64,000 nt of DNA from Bryobacterales bacterium (GTDB lineage: Bacteria > Acidobacteriota > Terriglobia > Bryobacterales > Bryobacteraceae), in the NCBI GenBank assembly GCA_963761855.1, contig CAVXJY010000007.1:28470-92469 (forward strand). The letters are read 5' to 3'. Made by a program: the position numbers and the translations under genes. Positions 53,576 through 63,404 of this stretch are shown piece after piece. The stretch's first letter is position 1; every line of letters begins with the position of its first letter. The notes beneath the pieces were generated by a model. The model saw nothing but the letters and a program-made list of their open reading frames with translations. It was not told the DNA's origin and made no database searches.

Positions 53576-55375
53576 GTGGCAGACAACTCCGAAGTTAAGA
53601 TGCAACCGACGTTGGGCCTGACGGGCCTGACTTTCAACGCCATGGCGCTGATTGCGCCGGGAGCGTTTCTCTGGCTCACTTTCTTGATCCAGGCAACCAC
53701 CGGCAACACCGCGCCGGCGATGTGGATCGGCATTGCGGTCGCGCTGTTGCTGTGTTTGGCAACCGCGGTATGTTACGCGGAAATGGCCAAGCTCTATCCC
53801 GGCACCGGCAGCTCCTATTACTTCGCGGAGCAGTCGTTCCTGAACCACGACGCCGTTTGGCGCTACGCGCGGCTGGCCAAATTCATCATCGGCTGGGCGT
53901 CGCATCTTTACTATTGGATCTATCCAGGCGTGATGGTGGGCGTGATGGGCATTCTGGTCGGCTACTTGGTCGGCACCCTGTGGCCCAACTTCATGAATGC
54001 GACCAACCCCGGAACCCTGTTCATGATGGCGGCGGCGGTCGTCTTCTCCTTCGCGGTGGCATACATCGCTCACCGTGGCGTAGTGGGCTCCACTTCGGTC
54101 AATATCGCGATCAACGTCATTCAGATCACCGCACTCGTGGTGTTCGCCGTATTGGCGTTGGGTTACCGTTCCAGCCATCCTGCCGGCACGCCCGGTTGGC
54201 AGTTTGATCCGGCCTCGGGCGATGCGTATACCTACGAGTTCGCCACCACCAAGACCATCGTGAGCGGCGTGGCGACGGATACGATTGTTCGCGATGCCCA
54301 AGGAGTGCCGAAGCCGAAACTGGATGCGGCCGGTAAGCCGGTCACCTTCCGCGTCACCTATCCGACGCAAGACGACAAAGGCAACTTCCTTTCGCACAAC
54401 AGCGCCGCATCGGTAGTGGGCGTCCACAATGTCGGCTGGGCGTTCATTCAGGCGACGGTGGCGATCCTGATCCTGGTCGGATTCGAATCGGTGACATCCA
54501 TGGGAGGCGAAGCGAGGAATGCCAAACGCGATATTCCAATCGCCGTGATCGTCTCGCTGCTGGTGCAGGGATTGTTCTGTTACATGTTCGAGTACTTCGC
54601 GGCGAATTATTTTCTCAACGCGGGCTACACCATGCAATACGCGGCGGGTTCGGCGGCGCCCATCGGCGACATGATGATCATCGTCGGCAACGCCACGTTC
54701 GGCGCGGGCAGCGGCAGAACCTTCATGCTGGTGGAGGCTTTCACCGTGTTCCTGGCGCTGATTGGTACCACGCTTTCCTGCATGAACACAGGCGCGCGCG
54801 TCACCTACGCCATGGGCAAGGACAAGGAAGTGCCGGAACATTTCGGCATGCTCCATTCCAAGAACCTGACGCCCCACCGCGCCATCTGGACGCTGGCGAT
54901 AATTTCGGCTTTTGTGGGCTGCGCGGCGGTGGTGATGGTGTTCGGGGATGGCTCGGCGCCCACCGATGCCACCATCAAGGCGCTTCCGCAGGGCATCTGG
55001 TCGAGTTTCGGCTACACCACCCACGATGGGATGGCGGCGCTGCCGAATTCATTGCTGACGGTGACGCTGGCATCCAACTTCGGCACCTTTTTGCTCTATG
55101 GCCTGAGTTGCATCACCTGCTTCGTGGCTTATCACAAGCACCCGAAGTTTAAAGTGATCCGGCATCTGCTGATTCCGATATTCGGCGTGGCGGCTAACCT
55201 GGCTTGCATGGCGTTCTACCTGATCGGGCCGTTCATGGGGTACGGCACCAAGATGGAGCCGCTGTTCGCGCTGGGGATCGCTGCCGTCTGGGCCATCTAT
55301 GGTGGCATTTACTTCACGCGTGCCGGCAAGAGATCCGGCCGTACTACACTGGTGACGAGTCGAGCGGAAGCCTGA
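53576..55375 (+). CDS. APC-superfamily amino acid/polyamine permease with a large extracytoplasmic loop
   Basis: ORF 53528..55375. GTG 53576 lies 8 nt after AGGAG. About 12 TM helices, with CYAEMAKLYPGTGSSYYF typical of the APC family. Confidence 0.8.
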   Translation: MADNSEVKMQPTLGLTGLTFNAMALIAPGAFLWLTFLIQATTGNTAPAMWIGIAVALLLCLATAVCYAEMAKLYPGTGSSYYFAEQSFLNHDAVWRYARLAKFIIGWASHLYYWIYPGVMVGVMGILVGYLVGTLWPNFMNATNPGTLFMMAAAVVFSFAVAYIAHRGVVGSTSVNIAINVIQITALVVFAVLALGYRSSHPAGTPGWQFDPASGDAYTYEFATTKTIVSGVATDTIVRDAQGVPKPKLDAAGKPVTFRVTYPTQDDKGNFLSHNSAASVVGVHNVGWAFIQATVAILILVGFESVTSMGGEARNAKRDIPIAVIVSLLVQGLFCYMFEYFAANYFLNAGYTMQYAAGSAAPIGDMMIIVGNATFGAGSGRTFMLVEAFTVFLALIGTTLSCMNTGARVTYAMGKDKEVPEHFGMLHSKNLTPHRAIWTLAIISAFVGCAAVVMVFGDGSAPTDATIKALPQGIWSSFGYTTHDGMAALPNSLLTVTLASNFGTFLLYGLSCITCFVAYHKHPKFKVIRHLLIPIFGVAANLACMAFYLIGPFMGYGTKMEPLFALGIAAVWAIYGGIYFTRAGKRSGRTTLVTSRAEA

Positions 55376-55441
55376 TCCCCGTTTTAGACAGGAGCCGAAC
55401 GGTCCTGGCGGAGCAGGCTTGTTCCGCCCGGACCTGTTCTT

Positions 55442-56242
55442 ATGTTGGATATCGAGTTCGCACAAGCCTCGGATTGTGGCCGGGTCCGCGACCACAACGA
55501 GGACTATCTGGGCTGCTTCGCGCCTGAGGCGGAAGCCGAGGCTAGGACACTTGGGTTTTTGTTCGCGCTGGCCGACGGCGTGGGCGGTGGCGACGACGGA
55601 GAAGTCGCTTCACGGCTGGCGGTGGAGACCCTGCTCCAGGATTTCCGGCGCTCTGCGGCCGGCGTTCCGCATTCTTCGCTGCTACCGCGGTTGGTGCAGC
55701 AGGCCAACGCGCGGGTTTTCGAAACCGGCATGGCGAAAGGCCCCTGCGGCTCCAACATGGCGACTACATTGGTTGCCTGCGCGCTCCGCTATGACCGGGT
55801 GGTGGTGTCCCACGTCGGTGATTCGCGCTGTTACCGCATCCGGCATGGCCATGCCGAGGCGCTCACACGCGACCACACGGTGGCCGGCGAGCACATGCGG
55901 CTGGGCTTGATCACGGCGGGCGAAGCCTCCAGTTCCGAGACGCGCCACGTGCTCAGCCGGTCGTTGGGGCCGGCGATGATCGTGGCGGTGGAGACCCGCG
56001 ATTACCAAATCATCCCCGGCGACGTGCTCGTGCTATGCTCCGACGGCTTGCACGGACCCGTGGATGCAGCCGTCCTGGCGCAGTTGGTGAGCCGCCGCGC
56101 CGCTCTTCCGGATGCCGCCCGGGAACTGATCGACCTTGCAAACGAGCTGGATGGCGGTGATAATGTGAGCGTGCAGCTCATTCGCGTCCGCCAGGTGGAG
56201 CGCATCGGTATGTATCGCGGGCGCCCTTACAAATTGGCCTGA
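55442..56242 (+). CDS. PP2C-family Ser/Thr protein phosphatase
   Basis: 266 aa. SDCGRVRDHNEDY, ALADGVGG, LVLCSDGL, GGDNVSVQL. Confidence 0.9.
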   Translation: MLDIEFAQASDCGRVRDHNEDYLGCFAPEAEAEARTLGFLFALADGVGGGDDGEVASRLAVETLLQDFRRSAAGVPHSSLLPRLVQQANARVFETGMAKGPCGSNMATTLVACALRYDRVVVSHVGDSRCYRIRHGHAEALTRDHTVAGEHMRLGLITAGEASSSETRHVLSRSLGPAMIVAVETRDYQIIPGDVLVLCSDGLHGPVDAAVLAQLVSRRAALPDAARELIDLANELDGGDNVSVQLIRVRQVERIGMYRGRPYKLA

Positions 56243-56264
56243 TCGGCACCCATTCCAAATCCGC

Positions 56265-57233
56265 ATGAGTTCCGTGCGCCCGGGCGAGCAGCTCGACCAC
56301 TATCGTATCGACAGCGTGGCTGCCCGCAGCGGCATGGCCTCGATCTTCCGTGGCGTGGATCTGCGCGACGGGCGCGAAGTTGCCATCAAAGTTCCCCATC
56401 CCGAAATGGAGGCCGACCCGGTTCTGTTCGACCGGTTCCAGCGCGAGCAGGCGATTGGCAAAGCCCTCGATCATCCCGGTGTGATGAAAGTTTTCGAGGA
56501 TCCGGACCGCAGCGCTGTCTACATGGTGATGGAGTGGGTGAATGGGCGGCTGCTGCGGCAGATCCTCAGCGGACAGGGCAAGCTGCCGATCGAGCACGCG
56601 GTGCGCATTGCCATCGCGGTTGCGGAGGCCCTCGATTACATCCACGCTCAAGGCGTGGTGCATCGCGACCTGAAGCCGGAGAACATCATGGTGGACGATG
56701 CGGACCGGATCAAGCTGATCGATTTCGGCATCGCCGGCAAGGAAGGGTCGCGCCGCTTGACCTTCGCCAAGCTCTCGCAGGTGATGGGCACGCCCGACTA
56801 CATTTCCCCGGAGCAGGTGAAAGGCAAACGCGGGGATGGCCGCAGCGATATCTACGCGTTGGGAGTGATGCTATACGAGATGCTGACCGGCAAGACCCCG
56901 TTCACCGGCAATAATCCCTTTGCCATCATGAACGACCGCCTGCTCAACTACCCGGTTCCGCCGCGTGAGTTGAATCCGGAGATCTCGCCCGAGCTGCAGG
57001 AGGTCGTCTACCGCGCGCTCGAGCGCGACCCGAAGAGCCGTTACGGCAAGGCTCGCGAGATGGCCTGGGACCTGGCGCATCTGGACCAGGTCGGCGCCGC
57101 CGAGCGTCCCGAACTACTGGAGTGGCGAAAACGCCGCCGGCCGTGGGTGCGGCAAGTCCTGTTCTACATCATGATCGCGTTGATTCCGGTGGTGATCTTT
57201 AGTCTGCTGTTGTACGTTGCGCGGCACAGTTGA
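56265..57233 (+). CDS. Hanks-type Ser/Thr protein kinase with a single C-terminal TM helix
   Basis: 322 aa. VAIKV, HRDLKPENIMV, DFGIA, GTPDYISPEQ; C-terminal VLFYIMIALIPVVIFSLLLYV. Confidence 0.9.
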   Translation: MSSVRPGEQLDHYRIDSVAARSGMASIFRGVDLRDGREVAIKVPHPEMEADPVLFDRFQREQAIGKALDHPGVMKVFEDPDRSAVYMVMEWVNGRLLRQILSGQGKLPIEHAVRIAIAVAEALDYIHAQGVVHRDLKPENIMVDDADRIKLIDFGIAGKEGSRRLTFAKLSQVMGTPDYISPEQVKGKRGDGRSDIYALGVMLYEMLTGKTPFTGNNPFAIMNDRLLNYPVPPRELNPEISPELQEVVYRALERDPKSRYGKAREMAWDLAHLDQVGAAERPELLEWRKRRRPWVRQVLFYIMIALIPVVIFSLLLYVARHS

Positions 57234-57682
57234 TGCACCCCGCCCTCGGGGAGTTCGAGGGCCGCGCCGCCGAACGCCGGTGGCAGATCTCAAACCCCGC
57301 GAAGATACCGGACTTTTCCCTCCGGCAATTCGACGAGCTTGCTGCCGCTGCCGGCCCAAAGATTGCCCCGATGGCCGGGCAGTACCTGGTTCCGCAGGTC
57401 TTTCCGGACTTTTCACCCGGCTACGATAATGGTCCGCCCTCCCTCCAGGCGGCAGAGGCCGGCGATTCAATCCCGACTTCTGATGGTAGTGCTCGACGCT
57501 GTAGCGCTGTGCGTAACCGCCCGCAGCCAACAGGGCCAGGCACAAGGACACATATGCGGCTCGATATCTCACTCTGTCAGATCCTATCGGCTGAATTGAG
57601 GTGGCGCTGCAGTGCCACTGGCGGCCGGTTTGCGCGCGCTGCTTTGTCTACAATGAAACTGCCATGCACCCCTACCCCGTAG
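57233..57682 (+). CDS. hypothetical ORF translationally coupled to the kinase (TGATG overlap); coding status unresolved
   Basis: The first ~85 codons have high GC3, and the PDFS tetrapeptide and its 11-nt DNA (CCGGACTTTTC) occur twice, 96 nt apart. The 3' part has poor codon bias and overlaps the next gene. A competing minus-strand ORF (57114..57572) has a signal-peptide-like start. Confidence 0.25.
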   Translation: MHPALGEFEGRAAERRWQISNPAKIPDFSLRQFDELAAAAGPKIAPMAGQYLVPQVFPDFSPGYDNGPPSLQAAEAGDSIPTSDGSARRCSAVRNRPQPTGPGTRTHMRLDISLCQILSAELRWRCSATGGRFARAALSTMKLPCTPTP

Positions 57683-58518
57683 CTGCCATCACCGATGAGT
57701 TTTCCCCCGATCTCGAGACCGCCGCAGGTTCCATGGCTTCGCTCGGCATCGCCGGAGCCGAGCTGCGCATGGTGTTCGGCAAAAACGTCATCGACTTGAC
57801 GGACCTGGAGGTGGATCGCGCCGCCGCCATCCTTCGTAGCCATGGTCTCGCCACGGTCTCCATCGCCTCGCCAGTCTTCAAATGCGTGCTGCCGGACGCG
57901 CCAGAGGTCGATACTCGTTTCCAGCAGGACATGTTCGCCGCCAAACATACTATGGCGGATCAGCCGCGCCTGGCTCGCCGCGCCCTCGAGATTGCCGGCC
58001 GCACCGGAGCGCGCATCGTGCGCGTGTTTTCCTTCTGGCGCACGGTGCGGCCCGAAGCCTGTTTCGACCGGATCGCAGCCGCGCTGGCCGGCCTCGCCGA
58101 GTTGGCCGCGCCCACCGGCATCGACGTCGGCATCGAAAACGAGCACGCTTGTAATCTGGGGACCGCCGCCGAGGCGGCGCGCTTGCTCGCCACAGTTTCC
58201 CATCCCTCTTTGCACCTCATATGGGACCCCGCCAACGCCTTGGTGGCCGGCGAAACGCCGTTCCCCGAAGGTTACGGCAAGCTCCCGGGCGGGCGCATCG
58301 CCCACGTGCATGTCAAGGATTGTCGCGTGGCTGGGCACACGCCGGAGTGGCTGGAACTGGGCCTCGGCAGCATCGACTGGACGGGCCAGATCGCCGCCCT
58401 CCGGCGCGACGGCTACCGCGGCTGGTTCAGCCTGGAAACCCACTGGCGCGGACCCGCCGGCGACAAGCTCGAAGCCAGCATGATTTGCGGCCGGAACCTG
58501 CTGCGCATGGTGGCGTAG
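57664..58518 (+). CDS. sugar phosphate isomerase/epimerase (xylose isomerase-like TIM barrel)
   Basis: ATG 57664 within ORF 57601..58518. IVRVFSFW, IENEHA, HVHVKD, GWFSLETHW are typical of the family. Confidence 0.8.
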   Translation: MHPYPVAAITDEFSPDLETAAGSMASLGIAGAELRMVFGKNVIDLTDLEVDRAAAILRSHGLATVSIASPVFKCVLPDAPEVDTRFQQDMFAAKHTMADQPRLARRALEIAGRTGARIVRVFSFWRTVRPEACFDRIAAALAGLAELAAPTGIDVGIENEHACNLGTAAEAARLLATVSHPSLHLIWDPANALVAGETPFPEGYGKLPGGRIAHVHVKDCRVAGHTPEWLELGLGSIDWTGQIAALRRDGYRGWFSLETHWRGPAGDKLEASMICGRNLLRMVA

Positions 58519-58579
58519 GCCGCTTCCGCCGATCGTTTCATCGCTCGTTCGCCCTTTTCTCCGTGCTACCGTTGTCCGT

Positions 58580-59440
58580 ATGCCGGCGAACTTCAAGGCG
58601 GAACTGCTTGCCTGCTTTGGGCAGCCCGTCAGCGAGAATCCTACCGGGGCCATGCAAGAAGCCGCGTTTCACGCTCTCGGGCTGAACTGGCGTTATCTCA
58701 CCGTTGAGGTGCCGCCGGCGCGGTTGCGAGATGCCATGCTGGGCGTGCGGGCCTTCGGGATTCGCGGCCTGAACCTGACCATCCCGCACAAAGTCGCCGT
58801 GATGGAGCATCTCGACGAAATCGCGTCTGAGGCCGCCGTGATCGGCGCTGTCAACACCGTGCGCCGCGAAGGTGACAGGCTCATCGGAGAAAATACCGAC
58901 GGCAAGGGTTTCCTCCATGGCGTCCGGGTCGACGCCGGAGTCGACCCCAGGGGCAAGCGCGTAGTGGTGTTGGGCGCCGGCGGCGCAGCCCGCGCGGTCG
59001 TCACCGAATTGGTCCTGGCCGGTGCGGCGGACGTACTGGTGCTCAACCGCAGCCCCAGGCGGGGCCAAGAGATGGTGGCGGATCTGCTCGGCAAAACCGG
59101 TGGCCCAATCCGGTTTGAGACCTGGCGCCGCGACTTTCGCGTCAGCGGCGACGCCGACCTGTTGGTCAACGCCACTTCCATAGGATTGTACCCTGACACC
59201 CAAGCCATGCCGCCCGTCGACCTGTCGGGCGCCCGGCCCGGGTTGCTGGTGAGCGACGCCGTCTTCAATCCCCCCGAGACGCGGCTCCTGGCCGCCGCCC
59301 GCCAGCGTGGATTGCCGGTACTGGACGGCCTTTCCATGCTGGTCTATCAGGGCGCCATTGGCTTCCGCTTGTGGACCGGCCAGGACGCCCCCGTAGCCGT
59401 CATGAAGCAGGCGCTGCGGGCGGCGCTGGGGCTCGAGTAG
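58580..59440 (+). CDS. aroE: shikimate dehydrogenase
   Basis: 286 aa. NLTIPHK, AVNTV, GENTDGKGF, VLGAGGAARA. Confidence 0.9.
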   Translation: MPANFKAELLACFGQPVSENPTGAMQEAAFHALGLNWRYLTVEVPPARLRDAMLGVRAFGIRGLNLTIPHKVAVMEHLDEIASEAAVIGAVNTVRREGDRLIGENTDGKGFLHGVRVDAGVDPRGKRVVVLGAGGAARAVVTELVLAGAADVLVLNRSPRRGQEMVADLLGKTGGPIRFETWRRDFRVSGDADLLVNATSIGLYPDTQAMPPVDLSGARPGLLVSDAVFNPPETRLLAAARQRGLPVLDGLSMLVYQGAIGFRLWTGQDAPVAVMKQALRAALGLE

Positions 59441-59892
59441 CCTTAATTCCGTTCCTGTAAAAGGAATCTCCCAGCGGGACAGATTCAGCCCATCACCTCT
59501 CTTACCCCAAAAGTCCTAGTATCCCGAGGTGTATGAATGAGTACGCCGAAAGTATGCATAGGACTATGAACTAATGGCAGTATCCCGGATGATTGCAGTT
59601 GGACAGAGCTTCGTCCGGCGGAAGCGCAACTCGCTCCAGGAGATGTCGGCTATGAGAGATGGGCGCGGTTGGGATCGCCGACTCGATCGCATATCGAGCG
59701 GCATTTACGAGCATGCGGTGAGACTCCAACGGAGGGAATATCGACACTTGGTCCGATACCGCGGCACTTCAAGTCCGGGCGAAGCTCCCCAACCTGAACC
59801 GGGAAATCAAGACTCATGTTCCGTCTCGACGAGTTCGTTATTGGCTGCTGGCAGTTGCCCGCACCAAGCCGAAGACGGCTGGGAGGCGACCA

Positions 59893-60078
59893 ATGACTGA
59901 CTACTTCGGGGAGTTGGGCCATTGGCTTGATAGCCTTTTGGGCCATTTCGGGATTCAGAGCATTAACGGACTCGATCCGAGCCTCTGCGTCCTCGGGGCG
60001 GCCATTTTCCTCGGGTTTTGTGCCGCCGTGCCTTCAGCGATTCGCATGGCGTTTTTGCGTTGTTCCACCGGCAGATAG
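59893..60078 (+). CDS. hypothetical 61-aa protein with one TM-like segment
   Basis: ATG lies 6 nt after GGGAGG. LCVLGAAIFLGFCAAVPSAI is a hydrophobic stretch. No family recognised. It sits in an otherwise gene-poor 830-bp gap. Confidence 0.3.
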   Translation: MTDYFGELGHWLDSLLGHFGIQSINGLDPSLCVLGAAIFLGFCAAVPSAIRMAFLRCSTGR

Positions 60079-60270
60079 CAGCTCGCGAAGCTGGGTGGGT
60101 ACCCTTTCCCTCGCGATTCAAGACCGGCAAATCCAGCATTTCCCAATGCATCCAACGGCTGGGCATATGGGGTGGCAGCAAATCTGCATAGCCACTTTCG
60201 GCAAAGTTAATATATACCCGGTACCTGCTGGTACAGCCGGGACTATAGAACTGCTGGCTCTATCGCCATA

Positions 60271-61008
60271 ATGAAACCGGGTGGTCTGGAAAGCATGTCT
60301 GCAAAGGCTATCGCCGACCTCGGGTTATCCGCTGAAGGCGGAATCGGTTCCAAAATCCGAATTGTAGTCGCGGACGACCATCCTATCTTTCGCGACGGTC
60401 TGTGCAGGTTGCTTGGCGTCGAGGAAGACTTGCAAGTCGTCGCCCAGGCCGAGAATGGGCTGGAGGTGCTGGACATACTCCAGCGATTCGAGCCCGACAT
60501 TCTACTCCTCGATCTCAGAATGCCCGGACTCGACGGGTTGGCTACGCTCCAAAGGCTCGAGATGGTCCACTCCAAAACTCGCGTGATCATTTTGACCGCC
60601 TCCAACGACCAGCATGATTTCATTGAAACCTTGAAACGCGGATCATCGGCAATTGTGCCAAAACAAGCCACCATGGAAACGCTTGTCAGTTGTATCCGTC
60701 ACGTCTATGCCGGGGAAATGTGGCTGGATCCGCAGACAACGGCGGCAGTGATCCACCGGTTCGTTGTGCCCCCGGAAGAGCCGCAGCCCGGGGAGTCTGC
60801 GGGCCAAAACAGTTCACAATTGAGCTCCAGGGAGCGCGAGATCGTGGCGTTGATCGCGCAGGGTTTCAAGAATCAGGACATCGCTGAGAGGATGTCGATC
60901 GCCGAGCAGACAGTTAAGAACTATCTGCACAACATTTTCGAGAAACTGCACGTCACGGACCGATTGGAACTGGCCCTTTACGCCGTCTCCACCAATATTC
61001 GTCCCTAG
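60271..61008 (+). CDS. NarL/FixJ-type response regulator (REC + LuxR HTH)
   Basis: IRIVVADDHPIFRDGL...LLLDLRMPGLDG...LTAS and the C-terminal LSSREREIVALIAQGFKNQDIAERMSIAEQTVKNYLHNIFEKL. Confidence 0.9.
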   Translation: MKPGGLESMSAKAIADLGLSAEGGIGSKIRIVVADDHPIFRDGLCRLLGVEEDLQVVAQAENGLEVLDILQRFEPDILLLDLRMPGLDGLATLQRLEMVHSKTRVIILTASNDQHDFIETLKRGSSAIVPKQATMETLVSCIRHVYAGEMWLDPQTTAAVIHRFVVPPEEPQPGESAGQNSSQLSSREREIVALIAQGFKNQDIAERMSIAEQTVKNYLHNIFEKLHVTDRLELALYAVSTNIRP

Positions 61009-61056
61009 CCGCGGCCGGCGAGATAGCTCCCCGCGGCATGGCCGCATTCCCGCTGC

Positions 61057-63294
61057 TTACTTCACAACCGTATAGTCGAGCGTTTGTGCGACCGGCGGCA
61101 AACTACCCTGTGAAACGGTGACCTTCACCTGGAGGTTACCCGCGATCTTCGGGCCCCTCAACAACCCTCTGAGCATGCCGCCTTCCCCCATGAGGTCTAC
61201 CGCAGTTTCCGGTATCACCACCTTGCCGTCTGCAGAAACTTCGACTTGCGCCGTGGGCTTTTCGGAGTTGGAGGGCTCCGGATAAACGGTGAAGTACAGC
61301 AGGTAGGGAGTGCCCGCGTGCGCCGTTTTATTCAGCAGCGGCACCAGCACCTTGCCCTGGAACTGCATGGGATCGGCCGCATCCGGCTTATCGGTGTTTT
61401 CCACGCTCTGTATCGCCATCAGGCTGCTCATGCCGACACCCTTCGTCTCCGGGTTGTCGAACTGTGTCACGTTCGTGCTCGCCCGTCCTGCTTCGCGGTC
61501 CAGAATCGCCGTCTCCACCGTGTAGTGCCCGGCCGGCAGACTCAATGGATGCGTATACACAATCGGCGTCGCCAGCGCGGCTTTCAACTTGTCGTCCGGG
61601 AAATAGTAGGCGTGGTCATAGCTGTACTTGTCCACCACCTGCCCGGTCGAATCTTTTATCAACGCCATCAGCGAGGGATGCACTTCGTGCGTCTGGTTGG
61701 CTCCTGGGGCCGCCGAAAACGTCTGGGCGGGCACCTCAAAGTAGAGCATCCCGCGCGAATTCGCGCCTTCATTCTGAAAATGGAATGCAACCGTGTGGAA
61801 GTCGAAAGTGTGCGGCTGCGGGGTCGCGTCCAGCACTCTCAGACCCATCACTTCGAACGGCTGCAAATCTGCCGATCCCTTCAGGTCCGGCATCGCAAAA
61901 TAAGCTTTCCGGCTCTCCGCGTGGTAGTCGGCGTGTCCCAGCAGCTTCACCTCCACCTTGCGCAGCCGGCCATCGTACTTGTCCGCGCTGGGGCGATAAC
62001 TCACTTCATAGTGCGCGGCCACGTTGTCGAGAATATGCGAAAACGGCTTGGCGTAATCTTGCGTATTGGCGATCATGAAGCCGCCGGTGCCCTCGGCGAG
62101 CGCGCGCAGGCTGGCCTGGGTGTCGGACGCGCGCACGCCCTGCATCATCGTGTCGCCCTGCCGGCTCTGTTGCTTCAGCGCTTCCATGCTGGTACTCGTG
62201 GTGGTGGTGGTGGGGACGCCCGAGCTGACGGTGGTCGATTTCGTGGAGCCGCCGGGATTGATACTGCTGCCCTGGCCCGCGCTGGTTTTCGCTACCGAGC
62301 CCAACGTGAGGTCTGCGGCCTGCGCCGTCGAGGTCTCGGTCAAACCCGTGATGTCGACCGGATAAAACGTTATGCCATCGGCGATGGCCTTGGCAAGCAT
62401 GCCATGAAGCGCATCGGGATCGCCCGTAGTCAGCAGACCCTCCGTCAGCATCAGAATCGTTTTGCGCCCGGGCAACGTGCCCAGCGCTTTGATCAGGTTG
62501 GTGATTTGATCCTCCGCGCGCCCCCCGGTCAGGTTGGCGAAGTCGCGGCTCGCGCCCACCTCGTCCCCACGCAATGCGTTGGCTCCGGTAGAGTTGCTGA
62601 CATCCGCCCCGGCAATCACGGTGCTGGATACCTCGCCTCCAGTCATCGCTACTGTCGTGTTCGAGGTCGTGCCGGGCCCGCTCCCCGTTGTCACGGTGGT
62701 TATCGCCACCATGTACGGGTTTGCGGTCAGCATTCCCACCGATGCGGCGGAGAAATTCATCGGGGTCAGGTTGAACGCCTGCTGCGCCGCCTGATTGACC
62801 TTCTCGCGGTCCGTCGTGAAGGCCAGGATTGGCGTCAACCGGTCGGACAACAGGAACATCCCGACGTAGGTGTCCGGCGGCAATCCGTTCTTCAGAAACT
62901 CCCGCACGGCCAGCGTTGCGTTCCGCCGCGACATCGGGTCGATGTTGTGGAAGACAATACAAATCAAATTGACAGCCCGCAACGGGCGCTGGGTCTGTGA
63001 GGTCCCCGCCGTGGCTGCGGCGCCGGACGACTCGGCCTGTGACTCGTGGCCTCCGGTCAGGCGGAAACTCGTGACCGCCTGTTTTACGCCGTCTTCGTAC
63101 ACTTCGATGTCGCCCGGCTTCAGGTTCTTCACGTTTTTCCCGTGTTTATCGGTCACCGCCACGTCCAGCAATACCTCGGTCGTAGTGGTGCGAATCGTGG
63201 CGCCCGGTCCGCTCGCGGGAGCGGTCTGCGCTGGGGCGAGACCGGCAAGAAGCAGAATTGCACTTGCGGGGAACAACCAAACGGGTCTTTTCAT
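61057..63294 (-). CDS. secreted VWA-domain protein (VWFA-related acidobacterial type) with a long C-terminal extension
   Basis: ATG 63294 gives signal peptide MKRPVWLFPASAILLLAGLAPAQ, then TEVLLDVAVTDKHGKNVKNLKPGDIEVYEDGVKQ, typical of the TIGR03436-like family. The ORF part 63295..63471 reads through a tRNA fragment and is rejected. Confidence 0.75.
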   Translation of the reverse strand: MKRPVWLFPASAILLLAGLAPAQTAPASGPGATIRTTTTEVLLDVAVTDKHGKNVKNLKPGDIEVYEDGVKQAVTSFRLTGGHESQAESSGAAATAGTSQTQRPLRAVNLICIVFHNIDPMSRRNATLAVREFLKNGLPPDTYVGMFLLSDRLTPILAFTTDREKVNQAAQQAFNLTPMNFSAASVGMLTANPYMVAITTVTTGSGPGTTSNTTVAMTGGEVSSTVIAGADVSNSTGANALRGDEVGASRDFANLTGGRAEDQITNLIKALGTLPGRKTILMLTEGLLTTGDPDALHGMLAKAIADGITFYPVDITGLTETSTAQAADLTLGSVAKTSAGQGSSINPGGSTKSTTVSSGVPTTTTTSTSMEALKQQSRQGDTMMQGVRASDTQASLRALAEGTGGFMIANTQDYAKPFSHILDNVAAHYEVSYRPSADKYDGRLRKVEVKLLGHADYHAESRKAYFAMPDLKGSADLQPFEVMGLRVLDATPQPHTFDFHTVAFHFQNEGANSRGMLYFEVPAQTFSAAPGANQTHEVHPSLMALIKDSTGQVVDKYSYDHAYYFPDDKLKAALATPIVYTHPLSLPAGHYTVETAILDREAGRASTNVTQFDNPETKGVGMSSLMAIQSVENTDKPDAADPMQFQGKVLVPLLNKTAHAGTPYLLYFTVYPEPSNSEKPTAQVEVSADGKVVIPETAVDLMGEGGMLRGLLRGPKIAGNLQVKVTVSQGSLPPVAQTLDYTVVK

Positions 63295-63404
63295 CTCGAC
63301 CTTGATTCTACTCCTGGTCGCTATCCAGCGCGACCGGGTCGCGTCCCGACGCACGCGTTCGAACACAAACCGCGGCCGGGTGGTGAACTGAAGGGGAGCT
63401 TCCA

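Noticed and set aside
52552-55024. 393-aa and 483-aa minus-strand ORFs opposite the porin and APC permease
   Set aside because: Shadow ORFs with arginine/histidine-rich translations. The plus-strand genes have clear membrane-protein features.
57577-58653. 358-aa minus-strand ORF opposite the sugar-phosphate isomerase
   Set aside because: Shadow ORF. The plus-strand frame carries recognisable TIM-barrel isomerase motifs.
61246-63000. 584-aa plus-strand ORF opposite the VWA gene
   Set aside because: It is antisense to a well-supported gene, and its composition (R/G/H/A-rich) is typical of shadow ORFs.
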